From: Candidatus Latescibacterota bacterium
Lineage (GTDB): Bacteria > Latescibacterota > UBA2968 > UBA8231
Assembly: GCA_964291625.2 (NCBI GenBank)
Contig: OZ220089.1
Coordinates: 480,001 to 544,000, forward strand
Reading direction: 5' to 3'
Length of the DNA stretch: 64,000 nucleotides
The position numbers and the translations under genes are program-made. The notes beneath the pieces were generated by a model that was not told the origin of the DNA, did not search any database, and worked only from the letters and a program-made list of their open reading frames with translations. Of this stretch, positions 48,577 through 57,086 are shown piece after piece (the first letter of the stretch is position 1; each line of letters opens with the position of its first letter).

Positions 48577-49740
48577 CTACTCCCGTCCGACCCCCCGCCG
48601 GGTTTCCTCCACCACAAGGTCCACCACCGCCCTCAGGGCCTCCTCTTCGGAATCGCCCTCCAGGCGGCGCAGCCGGAAGTGGTCGACCTGGCGGTCGGCG
48701 CCGGCGCCGGTGCGCACCAGGTGCAGGACGTGGCCCAGCTCGGCCTGGCAGCCGAGGGCCTCGGCCTCGTCCGCCAGGTCTTCCACGAGGGCGGCGGCGT
48801 ACTCCTCGATGTCCATGCGCCCGGCCCCGTCGGTGTTGCCCAGAAAGGCCAGGACTCCGTAGCGCTGGGCCAGCCAGCAGTTCTCGGCGATGAGCTCCGT
48901 GGGCGGCTCCGGCGGCAGGCCGCCCTCGCGGTCCCGGCGCAGCAGGCGGCGCACGAGGCAGGCGTAGAGAGCCACGACGCTCACGGCGTCGTCGATGGTC
49001 TGGCAGACGTCGCACACGCGCAGCTCCACGGTGGGGTAGCTCCGGGAAGGGCGGATGTCCCACCACAGCTCGCTGCTGTCCTCGATGAAGTCCATGCGGC
49101 GGTAGTTGGCCACGAGTCCGTCGAACTCAGCCCACGAGCCGAGGGGACCCGGCAGGCCGGTGCGCGGCAGGCTGCCGAAGATGGTCAGCCGGTAGGACTT
49201 GAAGCCGGTCTCGCGGCCGCTGCTGAAGGGCGAGGAGGCGGAGAGGGCGTGGAGCAGCGGCAGGTGGCGCCGCAGGGCGGTCATGACCCGTACCCGGCTG
49301 TCCGGGTCGCCGAAGCCGGCGTGGACGTGCATGCCGCCCACCAGCAGCTCGCGGACCGCCTGCTGGTAGGTCATGGCGAACTGCTCGTAGCGCTGGCCGG
49401 CGGTGACGACCTGGCGGTCCCAGGCGGCGAAGGGATGGGTGGAGGCGGCCAGGACCGCGGCGCCGTGGCTCGCCGCCGCGTCGAGGACCAGGCGGCGGGT
49501 GTCGTCGAGGGCGGTGCGGATCTCGGCCACCGACCCGCAGACCCGGGTGGTGGTCTCGATCTGGGAGCGGAGGAACTCGGCCACCACCTTGTGGGGGCCA
49601 CTCTCTTCCCGGCAGGCTTCGAAGATGCCGCGGTCCGGGTCGGGCAGGAGGTCGCGGGTGCCGGGGTCGACGAGGAAGAACTCCTCCTCGACCCCGAGCT
49701 CTATTGCGAGGGAGTCTCCGCTGTCGGCTTTCGTGCTCAT
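48577..49740 (-). CDS. Carboxylate-amine ligase (YbdK/GCS2 family)
   Basis: LGVEEEFFLVD, GMHVH, SASSPF, LWWDIRP, TVELRVCD. Confidence 0.92.
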   Translation of the reverse strand: MSTKADSGDSLAIELGVEEEFFLVDPGTRDLLPDPDRGIFEACREESGPHKVVAEFLRSQIETTTRVCGSVAEIRTALDDTRRLVLDAAASHGAAVLAASTHPFAAWDRQVVTAGQRYEQFAMTYQQAVRELLVGGMHVHAGFGDPDSRVRVMTALRRHLPLLHALSASSPFSSGRETGFKSYRLTIFGSLPRTGLPGPLGSWAEFDGLVANYRRMDFIEDSSELWWDIRPSRSYPTVELRVCDVCQTIDDAVSVVALYACLVRRLLRRDREGGLPPEPPTELIAENCWLAQRYGVLAFLGNTDGAGRMDIEEYAAALVEDLADEAEALGCQAELGHVLHLVRTGAGADRQVDHFRLRRLEGDSEEEALRAVVDLVVEETRRGVGRE

Positions 49741-49835
49741 GCCGGACTAGATGGAGATTCGATCGCCCGCGGTCAAATGGGATCGGGCGCCGGTGATCCC
49801 CGGCGCCGGCGGCTGTTCGGGCCGGGGCGCGCGGG

Positions 49836-50855
49836 TCAGCCGGCCTCCTCCCGGACGGTCGGGATCCTCTCGCCCCTCAGCCCGCGCAGAAAGCGCACCG
49901 AGGCCTCGAACTGCTCCATCTCCCAGGCGGCGCAGAGCCCGGGCGGCTGCCCGCGCTCGTGGGGGGTGCGCCACTCTTCGGCCGCCGGCCTCGCCGCCCG
50001 GTGCAGGTCGCCGAGGGCCTCCACCGCCCCGGGCAGGAAGGGCCGCTCGGGCCAGGTCTCCCACCAGTCCGGCTCCAGCAGGCGGACGTGCCGCGCCGTG
50101 GTGGCCCCCAGCTCGATGCACCCCTGCACCCCGGGAGACTCGGCTTCGAACCAGGCCAGCATCGCCGCCCAGTCGACGAGGCCGTCGCCGAGGGCGCAGC
50201 GGACGAGGCGGTACCCCGCCTCGGCGGAATGGACCCGGTAGTCCTTCAGATGCACGTGCTTGAGGAAGGGCCGCACCTGGCGGGCGAAGGCGAGGCAGGT
50301 CTCGCCGGCGGCGTAGGCGTTGCCCACGTCCATGGTCACCCCCAGGCGCTCGCTGCCCACCTGCCCGCAGAGCCACGCCAGCTCCTGGGAGCAGAGATCC
50401 TGGTGGTTCTCGATGCCGAGGTCGACGCCGACCTGCTCGGCGTGGGCCGAGGCCCGCCTCAGAGGCTCCACGAGGGCCTCCAGAAAGGCCTGGCAGCCCT
50501 GACGTCCCAGGGCGCGGCGGTCGCCCTCGAGGAGGCGGGTCAGGGTCGTGCGGACCACCGGCGCCCCCAGCTCGGCGGCCAGGTCGAGGGTCCGCGTCAG
50601 GGGCGAGATGTCCGCGGCGTAGTCGTCGCTGCCGGTGTCGAGGAAGAGGGCGAGTCCGCCGGCCTCCAGGCGATGGCGCAGGGCCCTGCGCCCGGCGGGG
50701 GGCATGCCGTCGAACCAGTCCGGGGCGCCCTCGACGCCGGCCAGGCCGTGGCCGCGGGCCAGTTCCATCAGCCCCTCCAGGCTCCGCGGGTCGAGCCCCC
50801 GTCCGGCCCCCGGGTGCAGACCGGAGAAGCTCCATGCGCTCAGGCCGACCTTCAC
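49836..50855 (-). CDS. Sugar phosphate isomerase/epimerase (TIM barrel)
   Basis: GIENHQD, MDVGN, HVHLKDY, LGDGLVD. Confidence 0.82.
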   Translation of the reverse strand: MKVGLSAWSFSGLHPGAGRGLDPRSLEGLMELARGHGLAGVEGAPDWFDGMPPAGRRALRHRLEAGGLALFLDTGSDDYAADISPLTRTLDLAAELGAPVVRTTLTRLLEGDRRALGRQGCQAFLEALVEPLRRASAHAEQVGVDLGIENHQDLCSQELAWLCGQVGSERLGVTMDVGNAYAAGETCLAFARQVRPFLKHVHLKDYRVHSAEAGYRLVRCALGDGLVDWAAMLAWFEAESPGVQGCIELGATTARHVRLLEPDWWETWPERPFLPGAVEALGDLHRAARPAAEEWRTPHERGQPPGLCAAWEMEQFEASVRFLRGLRGERIPTVREEAG

Positions 50856-50867
50856 ACGGCCCGACCG

Positions 50868-52127
50868 TCAGCCCAGTTCTTCGGGACGCCGCTCCACCTC
50901 GACGCCGGTGGACAGGTCGCGCACCTTCACCCGGCCGCGCGCCCACTCCTCCGGCGCCAGCAGCAGCAGCCGTTCGGCGCCGGCCGCGTCGGCGTGGCGG
51001 AAGGCCCACTTCATGCGCCGGTCCTCCAGGATCAGGTCGACCGAGCGTCCGGCCCGGCGCAGGCGGGCGGCCACCTCCATGGCCGGAGCGCGCAGGCCGC
51101 CGGCAAAGGCGAAGACCACGTCGTCGACCTTCGCGGGCAGCGCCGGCAGCCGCCCCAGGTCGTTGAGCAGCTCGATGACGACGGCGTCGCCGAAGCCGAA
51201 GCCGCAGGCCGGCACGTCCCGCCCCCCGAAGGCCGACAGCAGCCGGTCGTAGCGGCCGCCGCCGCAGAGGGCGCGCAGCTCCCCCGCCGCCGGGAAGGCC
51301 TCGAAGACGACGCCCGTGTAGTAGGCGAGGCCGCGCACGAGGGAGGGATCGAAGCGCAGCCAGCCGTCGTACCCGTAGGCGGCGGACAGCTCGAAGAGGC
51401 GCTCGAGATCGTCCAGGCCCCTGGCGTCGCCGCCCAGGGCGCGGGCCTGCTCCAGGGAGCCGCAGGAGGCGAACTCGAGGGCGCGGTCGACGACGGCGGC
51501 CTCGAGGCCGAGGCGCCCCAGCTCCTCCTCCACCGCCTCGCGGGGGACCTTCTCCAGCTTGTCCAGGAGCACGCAGACCGGTCCGAAGAGGTCCTCGCCC
51601 ACGCCCACGGCCTCGAGCAGGCCCTGCAGCAGGAGCCGGTTGGAGACGCGCACGTCCACCTCCTCCGCCTCGATCCCGAGATCCTCGAAGAGGGCCACGG
51701 CGGCGGCCAGCAACTCGGCCTCGGCGGTGACCTCGGCGACGCCGAAGACGTCCATGTTCCACTGGAAGTGCTCGCGCCGGCGGCCCCGGGTCATGCGCTC
51801 GTAGCGCCAGCACTGGGGCAGGCTGAACCACTTGATCGGCAGGCCGAGGGCGCCCCCCTTCTGCAGCACCATGCGCGCCAGGGAGGGCGTCATCTCCGGC
51901 CGCAGGGCCAGGTCGCGGCCGGACTTGTCCTGGAAGGTGTAGATCTGGTCGACGATCTCCTCGCCGGCCTTGCGCACGTAGAGGTCGGCGGACTCGACCA
52001 CGGGGGCGTCGTACTCCTCGAAGCCGAAGCGCCGCGCCGCCTCGCGGAAGCGGCCGTGGAGCCAGGTGCGCAGGCGCATCTCGGCCGGGTAGAAGTCGCG
52101 GGTGCCGCGCGGTGGCGAGAGGTTCAT
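50868..52127 (-). CDS. hisS: Histidine--tRNA ligase
   Basis: PRGTRDF, LRPEMT, WRYER...GRRREH, LVRGLAYYTG, GGGRYD. Confidence 0.95.
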   Translation of the reverse strand: MNLSPPRGTRDFYPAEMRLRTWLHGRFREAARRFGFEEYDAPVVESADLYVRKAGEEIVDQIYTFQDKSGRDLALRPEMTPSLARMVLQKGGALGLPIKWFSLPQCWRYERMTRGRRREHFQWNMDVFGVAEVTAEAELLAAAVALFEDLGIEAEEVDVRVSNRLLLQGLLEAVGVGEDLFGPVCVLLDKLEKVPREAVEEELGRLGLEAAVVDRALEFASCGSLEQARALGGDARGLDDLERLFELSAAYGYDGWLRFDPSLVRGLAYYTGVVFEAFPAAGELRALCGGGRYDRLLSAFGGRDVPACGFGFGDAVVIELLNDLGRLPALPAKVDDVVFAFAGGLRAPAMEVAARLRRAGRSVDLILEDRRMKWAFRHADAAGAERLLLLAPEEWARGRVKVRDLSTGVEVERRPEELG

Positions 52128-52192
52128 GCCGAGAAGGGTCGGAGCCGGACCCGATGGTGGCAAGGGGGCGGCGGGCGGAGCCCGCGTGCCCG

Positions 52193-52744
52193 TCAGGAGA
52201 ACAGGTCCGAGATCGGCAGCACCCAGCCCGGCACGACGTCGGCGCCCTCCAGGGACTCGCCCTCGACGAGGACGCGGATGTCGCCGCGCGACCGGTAACA
52301 GGTCACCGTGCGGGTCTGCGGAAGGACGACGAGGACGAGGCGGCAGCCGGCGTCGAGCCAGTCGAAGACCTTCTCCTCCACCTCCGCGTGGGTGTCGCCC
52401 GGGGAGACGACCTCGGCCGCCAGGTCCGGCGCCCCCGACCGGAATCCCTCGATCCGGCCGGTGGCCGCGACGCGCTCGCGGCGGACGAAGGCCACGTCCG
52501 GGGCCCGGACGGTGTCGGGATCGGATGCGAGCCTGAATCCGGTCTCCGCCGCGTAGACCCGCCCGAGGCCGCGGGCCCTCACGTGAGCGAAGAGCAGCCC
52601 GCTGAGAGTGGCGGCGATCTCGCCGTGGGCGTCCCCGGCGGGGGTCAATCTCCTCAACTCTCCTGCCACGAGCTCGTAACGGAAGCCGTCGTCCGGCATC
52701 TCCAGGAGCTCGTCGGCGGTGATCGGCCGGTCAAGGGTGGTCAT
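52193..52744 (-). CDS. Uma2 family endonuclease (DUF820)
   Basis: RYELVAG, RAPDVAFV, APDLAAEVVSPGD, LPISDLF; GGAGG RBS. Confidence 0.9.
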   Translation of the reverse strand: MTTLDRPITADELLEMPDDGFRYELVAGELRRLTPAGDAHGEIAATLSGLLFAHVRARGLGRVYAAETGFRLASDPDTVRAPDVAFVRRERVAATGRIEGFRSGAPDLAAEVVSPGDTHAEVEEKVFDWLDAGCRLVLVVLPQTRTVTCYRSRGDIRVLVEGESLEGADVVPGWVLPISDLFS

Positions 52745-52798
52745 ACGTCCTCCGGCTTCAATATACGACAGGATACCGGAAGGATCGCCCGGGCCTGG

Positions 52799-53668
52799 TC
52801 ACGGTCTCGAGCCGCGGTCGATCAGCTCGCCGAGGACGACGGCGGCCAGGCCGAGGGCCATCCCCGGCAGCAGCCGCCGGCTCTGCCTTCCCGCGGACGG
52901 ACGGCCTCGCCAGAGATCGCGGCAGGTCCGGGCCAGGAGCACGTCGAGGAGGACCACGGGAGCCAGGTAGCCCCAGCCGTAGATCCCCAGGAGCGCCGGC
53001 AGCGGAGCGGCCAGGGCCGTGACCGCGAGGAGGGCCGCGGCCGCCCGCTCCGCCGCGCGCTCCCCGCGCAGGCTGGCCAGGGTGCGGGCTCCGTGGACGC
53101 GGTCGCCCTCCACGTCCTCGGCGCCCTTGAGGATCTCGCGCCCCAGGTGGTAGACCAGGGCGAAGGCCGCCGGGACCCACCAGCGGCCGCCGCCCCCCGC
53201 GGCGACGGCGCCGTACGGGAAGGTGGCCGCCGCCAGCAGGCTGACCAGGAGGTTGCCCGGGAGCCCCAGGCGCTTCCACCACCAGTTGTAGAGGGCCAGC
53301 CCCGCGGCGACGGCGAAGGCGATCGCCCCGGGCGCCAGGCCGACGACGAAGGCGGTCCCGAGGCCGGCGGCCCCGAGGCCGGTGGACAGCACCAGGGCCG
53401 CCGCGGGGGAGAGGCGCCCCGATGGCAGCGGCCGGTCGGGGCGGTTGACGCGGTCGGCGGGCAGGTCGAGCACGTCGTTGAGGCCGTTGCCGGCGGCGGC
53501 CACGGCGGCGGCGGCGACGGCGGCGGCGGCGACCCCGGCCGTGGCGTGGGGATGGCCCGAGGCGAGGGCCCCGACCCACACCGAGACCGCGGTGAGAGCG
53601 CAGTTCGAGGGCCTCGCGAGGGCGGCGGCCGCCGCGGCCCGGAGCCCCAGGCGGGAGAGTCCCTTCAC
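52799..53668 (-). CDS. UbiA prenyltransferase, DGGGP-synthase-like
   Basis: NDVLDLPADRVNRPDRPLPSG, YN.WWKR, GREILKGAEDVEGD...GARTL. Confidence 0.8.
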   Translation of the reverse strand: MKGLSRLGLRAAAAAALARPSNCALTAVSVWVGALASGHPHATAGVAAAAVAAAAVAAAGNGLNDVLDLPADRVNRPDRPLPSGRLSPAAALVLSTGLGAAGLGTAFVVGLAPGAIAFAVAAGLALYNWWWKRLGLPGNLLVSLLAAATFPYGAVAAGGGGRWWVPAAFALVYHLGREILKGAEDVEGDRVHGARTLASLRGERAAERAAAALLAVTALAAPLPALLGIYGWGYLAPVVLLDVLLARTCRDLWRGRPSAGRQSRRLLPGMALGLAAVVLGELIDRGSRP

Positions 53669-53759
53669 GCCTCGGGGCCCTCCTCCCGGGAGGCCTTGCC
53701 GAAGCGGGTGTTTCTTGAGCTAACCCATTGAAAAAAAAGGCGCTTCTCCAAGAAATCGC

Positions 53760-53789
53760 TTGACATGGCCGCCGGGGCCGGAGTATGTT
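53760..53789 (+). promoter_or_regulatory. Putative sigma70 promoter of the HU/IHF gene
   Basis: TTGACA (53760-53765), 18 bp, TATGTT (53784-53789), with an upstream A-tract (UP element-like). Confidence 0.55.
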
Positions 53790-53883
53790 GTGCAACCACT
53801 TTATTACCAATAACTAAGGCCACATTTCGCCACCCGGTCTGCGCCTCCCGATGACTACCCCCCCGACCCGGAGTTGCGGTCCC

Positions 53884-54240
53884 TTGTCCACCATCACCAA
53901 GAAGGACCTGGCCCTTCTCGTCAGCCAGAACACGGGCTGCAAGAAGAACCTGGCCGCCAAGATGGTGGACAGCCTCTTCGTCGCCATGCGCGACAGCCTG
54001 ATCGAGGGCCACCGCATCGAGATTCGGGGGTTCGGCGTCTTCCAGGTCAAGGACACCCGCCCCAAGCCGGCGGCCCGGAACCCCCGCACGGGCGAGATCA
54101 TCTACGTCCCCGCCCGCCGCAAGACGCACTTCAAGCCCGGCCGCCTCCTCAAGGAGGCCCTGCACCGGGCCCGGGACCCCGGCGGGAACTTCGCTCTCCC
54201 CCTCCACCTCGACGACGAAGACGACGACGACGAGCCGTAG
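53884..54240 (+). CDS. HU / integration host factor family DNA-binding protein with acidic tail
   Basis: TKKDL, IEIRGFGVF, ARNPRTGE, FKPG; C-terminal DDEDDDDEP; TTG start inferred. Confidence 0.9.
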   Translation: MSTITKKDLALLVSQNTGCKKNLAAKMVDSLFVAMRDSLIEGHRIEIRGFGVFQVKDTRPKPAARNPRTGEIIYVPARRKTHFKPGRLLKEALHRARDPGGNFALPLHLDDEDDDDEP

Positions 54241-54252
54241 CGCCGCCGCCCG

Positions 54253-54900
54253 TCACTCCGCTTCCAGGATCTCCCGCACCTGCTCGCGCCAGTCGCCGGG
54301 CAGGCGCACCGCCCCTTCCACCCGCATCCCCTCCACCAGCGAGCCCAGGATCCGCCGCCGCTCGGCGAACTCCGGGACCGTGCGCCGCACGTGCTCGCGG
54401 GCCCGGCCGAGGGCGGTCAGGTACTCGGCGAACTCCTGCCCGAAGAGCCCCTCCAGGTCCTGGCGCAGGCGCCGCGACAGGGAGGGGCTGGCGTTGCTGG
54501 TGCTGATGCTGATCCGCAGGGGGCCGGCGCCGACGAGGGCGCCCATGCCGAAGTGGGACCGGGCGGCGTCGTCGTAGGTGTTGACCAGGATGCCCCGCTC
54601 CCGGCAGGCGTCCCAGACCTCGTCGCAGAGGGCGAGGTCGCTGCGCACCGTGTTCATCACCAGGAAGACCTCGTCGAGGTCGGCGGCCCGGTAGCGCCGG
54701 GAACGCAGCTCCAGCCGGCCGCGGTCGTGCCAGTCGCGCAGCGCCGCCGTCGCCCTTGGGCTGACCACCCGGAGCCGGGCCCCGGCGTCGACCAGACGCC
54801 CGGACTTGTCCTCGGCCTCGGCGCCGCCGCCGACGACCAGGCACCGGCGGCCGCGCACGTCGAGGCCGACCTGGAAGAGCGGGTTCAGGCCGTCGGTCAC
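54253..54900 (-). CDS. Precorrin-2 dehydrogenase / sirohydrochlorin ferrochelatase (SirC / CysG N-terminal)
   Basis: CLVVGGG..A..K, LVN..D, ISISTS.ASP.L.RRLR. Confidence 0.87.
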   Translation of the reverse strand: MTDGLNPLFQVGLDVRGRRCLVVGGGAEAEDKSGRLVDAGARLRVVSPRATAALRDWHDRGRLELRSRRYRAADLDEVFLVMNTVRSDLALCDEVWDACRERGILVNTYDDAARSHFGMGALVGAGPLRISISTSNASPSLSRRLRQDLEGLFGQEFAEYLTALGRAREHVRRTVPEFAERRRILGSLVEGMRVEGAVRLPGDWREQVREILEAE

Positions 54901-55406
54901 CGTCTTGGGGAAATGGTGTGGACCAGGTGGCCGAGCTCCGGCAGGATGAGCTTGTCCATGGCCAGGCGCACGGCCCCGGTCGAGCCGGGCAGGGAGATCA
55001 GGATCCGCCCCCGGTAGGTGCCGGCCGTGGCGCGGGACATGATGGCCGCCGCTCCGATCTCCTCGAAGGAGAGGGCGCGGAAGATCTCGCCGAAGCCGGG
55101 CAGCCGCTTGTCGAGCATGTTGTCGACGACCTCGAAGGTGTTGTCCCGGGGCGCGATGCCGGTACCGCCGTTGAGGATCAGGGCCTGGCAGCCGCCCTTC
55201 TCGAGGGCCATCGCCATCTCGCCCTTGATCTGCCGCGCCGTGTCCTTGACGATGGCGTAGTGGACCACCTTGTGGCCGGCGCCGGTGAGGCGCTCCCGGA
55301 TGAGCCCTCCGCTCTTGTCGCTGTCGCGGTCGCGGCTGTCGCTGACGGTGATCACCGCCACCCCCACCTCGGCGGGGGCGGCCTCCCGGTGCTCTACGTG
55401 GCTCAT
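54897..55406 (-). CDS. moaB: Molybdenum cofactor biosynthesis protein MoaB/MogA
   Basis: VITVSD, DKSG, NGGTGIAPRDNT, LPGFGEIFR, SRATAG, LPGS. Confidence 0.9.
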   Translation of the reverse strand: MSHVEHREAAPAEVGVAVITVSDSRDRDSDKSGGLIRERLTGAGHKVVHYAIVKDTARQIKGEMAMALEKGGCQALILNGGTGIAPRDNTFEVVDNMLDKRLPGFGEIFRALSFEEIGAAAIMSRATAGTYRGRILISLPGSTGAVRLAMDKLILPELGHLVHTISPRR

Positions 55407-55849
55407 GGCGCCTCTTCCGTCCCCGCGGCGAGGGAGGCGTAGCTGCGGCCCTCCGGATCGCCGGAGCCGGTGGGCAGCCCGAGCTCGGCCCAGCCCTTGG
55501 CCAGGCTCTCCCCGGACGGCGAGCGCCGGCCGCCGAAGCCGCCCTTGACGTTGCTCACGTCGGTGTAGCCGGCGGCCTCCAGGATCCCGGCGGCGGCGGC
55601 GGAACGCTGCCCGCTCAGGCAGCCGAGGAGCAGCCGGGAGTCCCTCGGAAAGCGCGACTCCATGACGGAGAGGAAGTCGGCGTTGGGGGCCAGGCCCAGG
55701 GCCTGGCGGTGCATGACGGGGACGTTGAGGGCGCCGGCGGGGTGGCCTTCCTGGAACTCCGGGACCGAACGCACGTCCACGTAGACATGACCGCCGCCGG
55801 CATCGAGGAGCGCCGCGGCTTCCTCGACTGTGACTTCCTTGTGGCTCAT
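55403..55849 (-). CDS. Rhodanese-like domain protein
   Basis: YVDVRSVPEF..GHPAGALNVP, CLSGQRS, GGF. Confidence 0.88.
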   Translation of the reverse strand: MSHKEVTVEEAAALLDAGGGHVYVDVRSVPEFQEGHPAGALNVPVMHRQALGLAPNADFLSVMESRFPRDSRLLLGCLSGQRSAAAAGILEAAGYTDVSNVKGGFGGRRSPSGESLAKGWAELGLPTGSGDPEGRSYASLAAGTEEAP

Positions 55850-55964
55850 GGGAGAGACCTCCTGGAGGATGAACTCGGGGGGACCGGGGCGGGCCGGCGC
55901 CTTTGGCGCCACCTTGACAGAGTCCTCGAAGTACGGCAGACTCGCCCTTCCCGATCGCTCCGTA

Positions 55965-57086
55965 ATGTATTGTTTCCAACAACATAGACAACTTGTGCCG
56001 GGCCTCTCGGCGATCCTCCTGGCGGCCCTCGCCGGCTGCGGCCCGATCGGCGGCGCCCAGGACTCCGAAGAGGGCGCCGAGACCGCCGAAGCCGCCGCCG
56101 ACTCGGCCCGGACCGACACCACCGCCGGCGCCGTGCCGGTGCAGACCCGGCCCGTCGTGCGCGGCGACATCTCCTCCGCCCTGGTCTTCAGCTCCACCAT
56201 CGAGACCGAGGACGCCGTCGAGATCCACCCCGAGGTCAGCGGCCGCGTGGAGCGGGTCGCCGTCGAGGAGGGCGACCAGGTGGCCGCGGGCGACCTGCTG
56301 GTCCGCCTCGACGCCGAGCAGGCCCGCCTCGAGGACCGCGAGAGCGAGGTCGACCTGCGCCAACTGGAGAGCTCCTTCGGCCGCACCGAGGAGATGTTCG
56401 GCCGCGGCCTGATCTCGACCCAGGAGTACGAGGACCAGCAGTTCGAGCTCGAGCGCGCCCGCCTGCGCCGCGAGCGGGCCGGACTCGCCCTCTCCCACAC
56501 CGCGATCCGCGCCCCCTTCTCGGGGGTCATCACCTCCCGCGGGGTGCAGACCGGCGCCCGCGTGTCGCCGGCGGTCAAGCTCTTCGACCTGGTCAAGCTC
56601 GACGACATGATCGCCCGGGTGCACGTGCCCGGACGCTACCTGATGCAGGTGAGCATCGGCCAGCCGGCCACGGTCTCCAGCGACTTCCTGGAGGACGTGG
56701 ACTGCCCGGCGTACGTGAAGCGGATCAGCCCCGTCGTCGATCCCCGGTCCGGCACCTTCAAGGTCACCGTGGGCGTGCAGGACCCCTGGCGCCACCTGCG
56801 CCCCGGCATCTTCGTGACCGTGCGCGTCGTCACCGGCACCCACGCGCGGGCGGTGCTCGTGCCCAAGGAGGCCGTCGTCTACGAGGCTGACGAGCGCTAC
56901 GTCTTCGTCGTCGAAGGCGGCACGGCGCGGCGCCTGCGCCTCGACGCCGGCTACGAGAACGCCGACTTCGTCGAGGCCCTCTCGGGGCTGTCCGCCGGCG
57001 CCGACGTCATCGTCGTCGGCCAGAAGGGGCTCCGGGACCAGGCCAGCGTCAAGGTCGTCAACCCTCCCGCCCCACCCGCGGGATGA
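55965..57086 (+). CDS. RND efflux periplasmic adaptor (MFP) lipoprotein
   Basis: Lipobox ALAG-C, VEEGDQV..GDLL, IRAPFSG, LRPG.F, G...L.D. Confidence 0.9.
   Translation: MYCFQQHRQLVPGLSAILLAALAGCGPIGGAQDSEEGAETAEAAADSARTDTTAGAVPVQTRPVVRGDISSALVFSSTIETEDAVEIHPEVSGRVERVAVEEGDQVAAGDLLVRLDAEQARLEDRESEVDLRQLESSFGRTEEMFGRGLISTQEYEDQQFELERARLRRERAGLALSHTAIRAPFSGVITSRGVQTGARVSPAVKLFDLVKLDDMIARVHVPGRYLMQVSIGQPATVSSDFLEDVDCPAYVKRISPVVDPRSGTFKVTVGVQDPWRHLRPGIFVTVRVVTGTHARAVLVPKEAVVYEADERYVFVVEGGTARRLRLDAGYENADFVEALSGLSAGADVIVVGQKGLRDQASVKVVNPPAPPAG

Noticed and set aside
52193-52744. Uma2 gene as a mobile element or restriction system
   Set aside because: No terminal repeats, methyltransferase or transposase are visible; solitary Uma2 genes are common.
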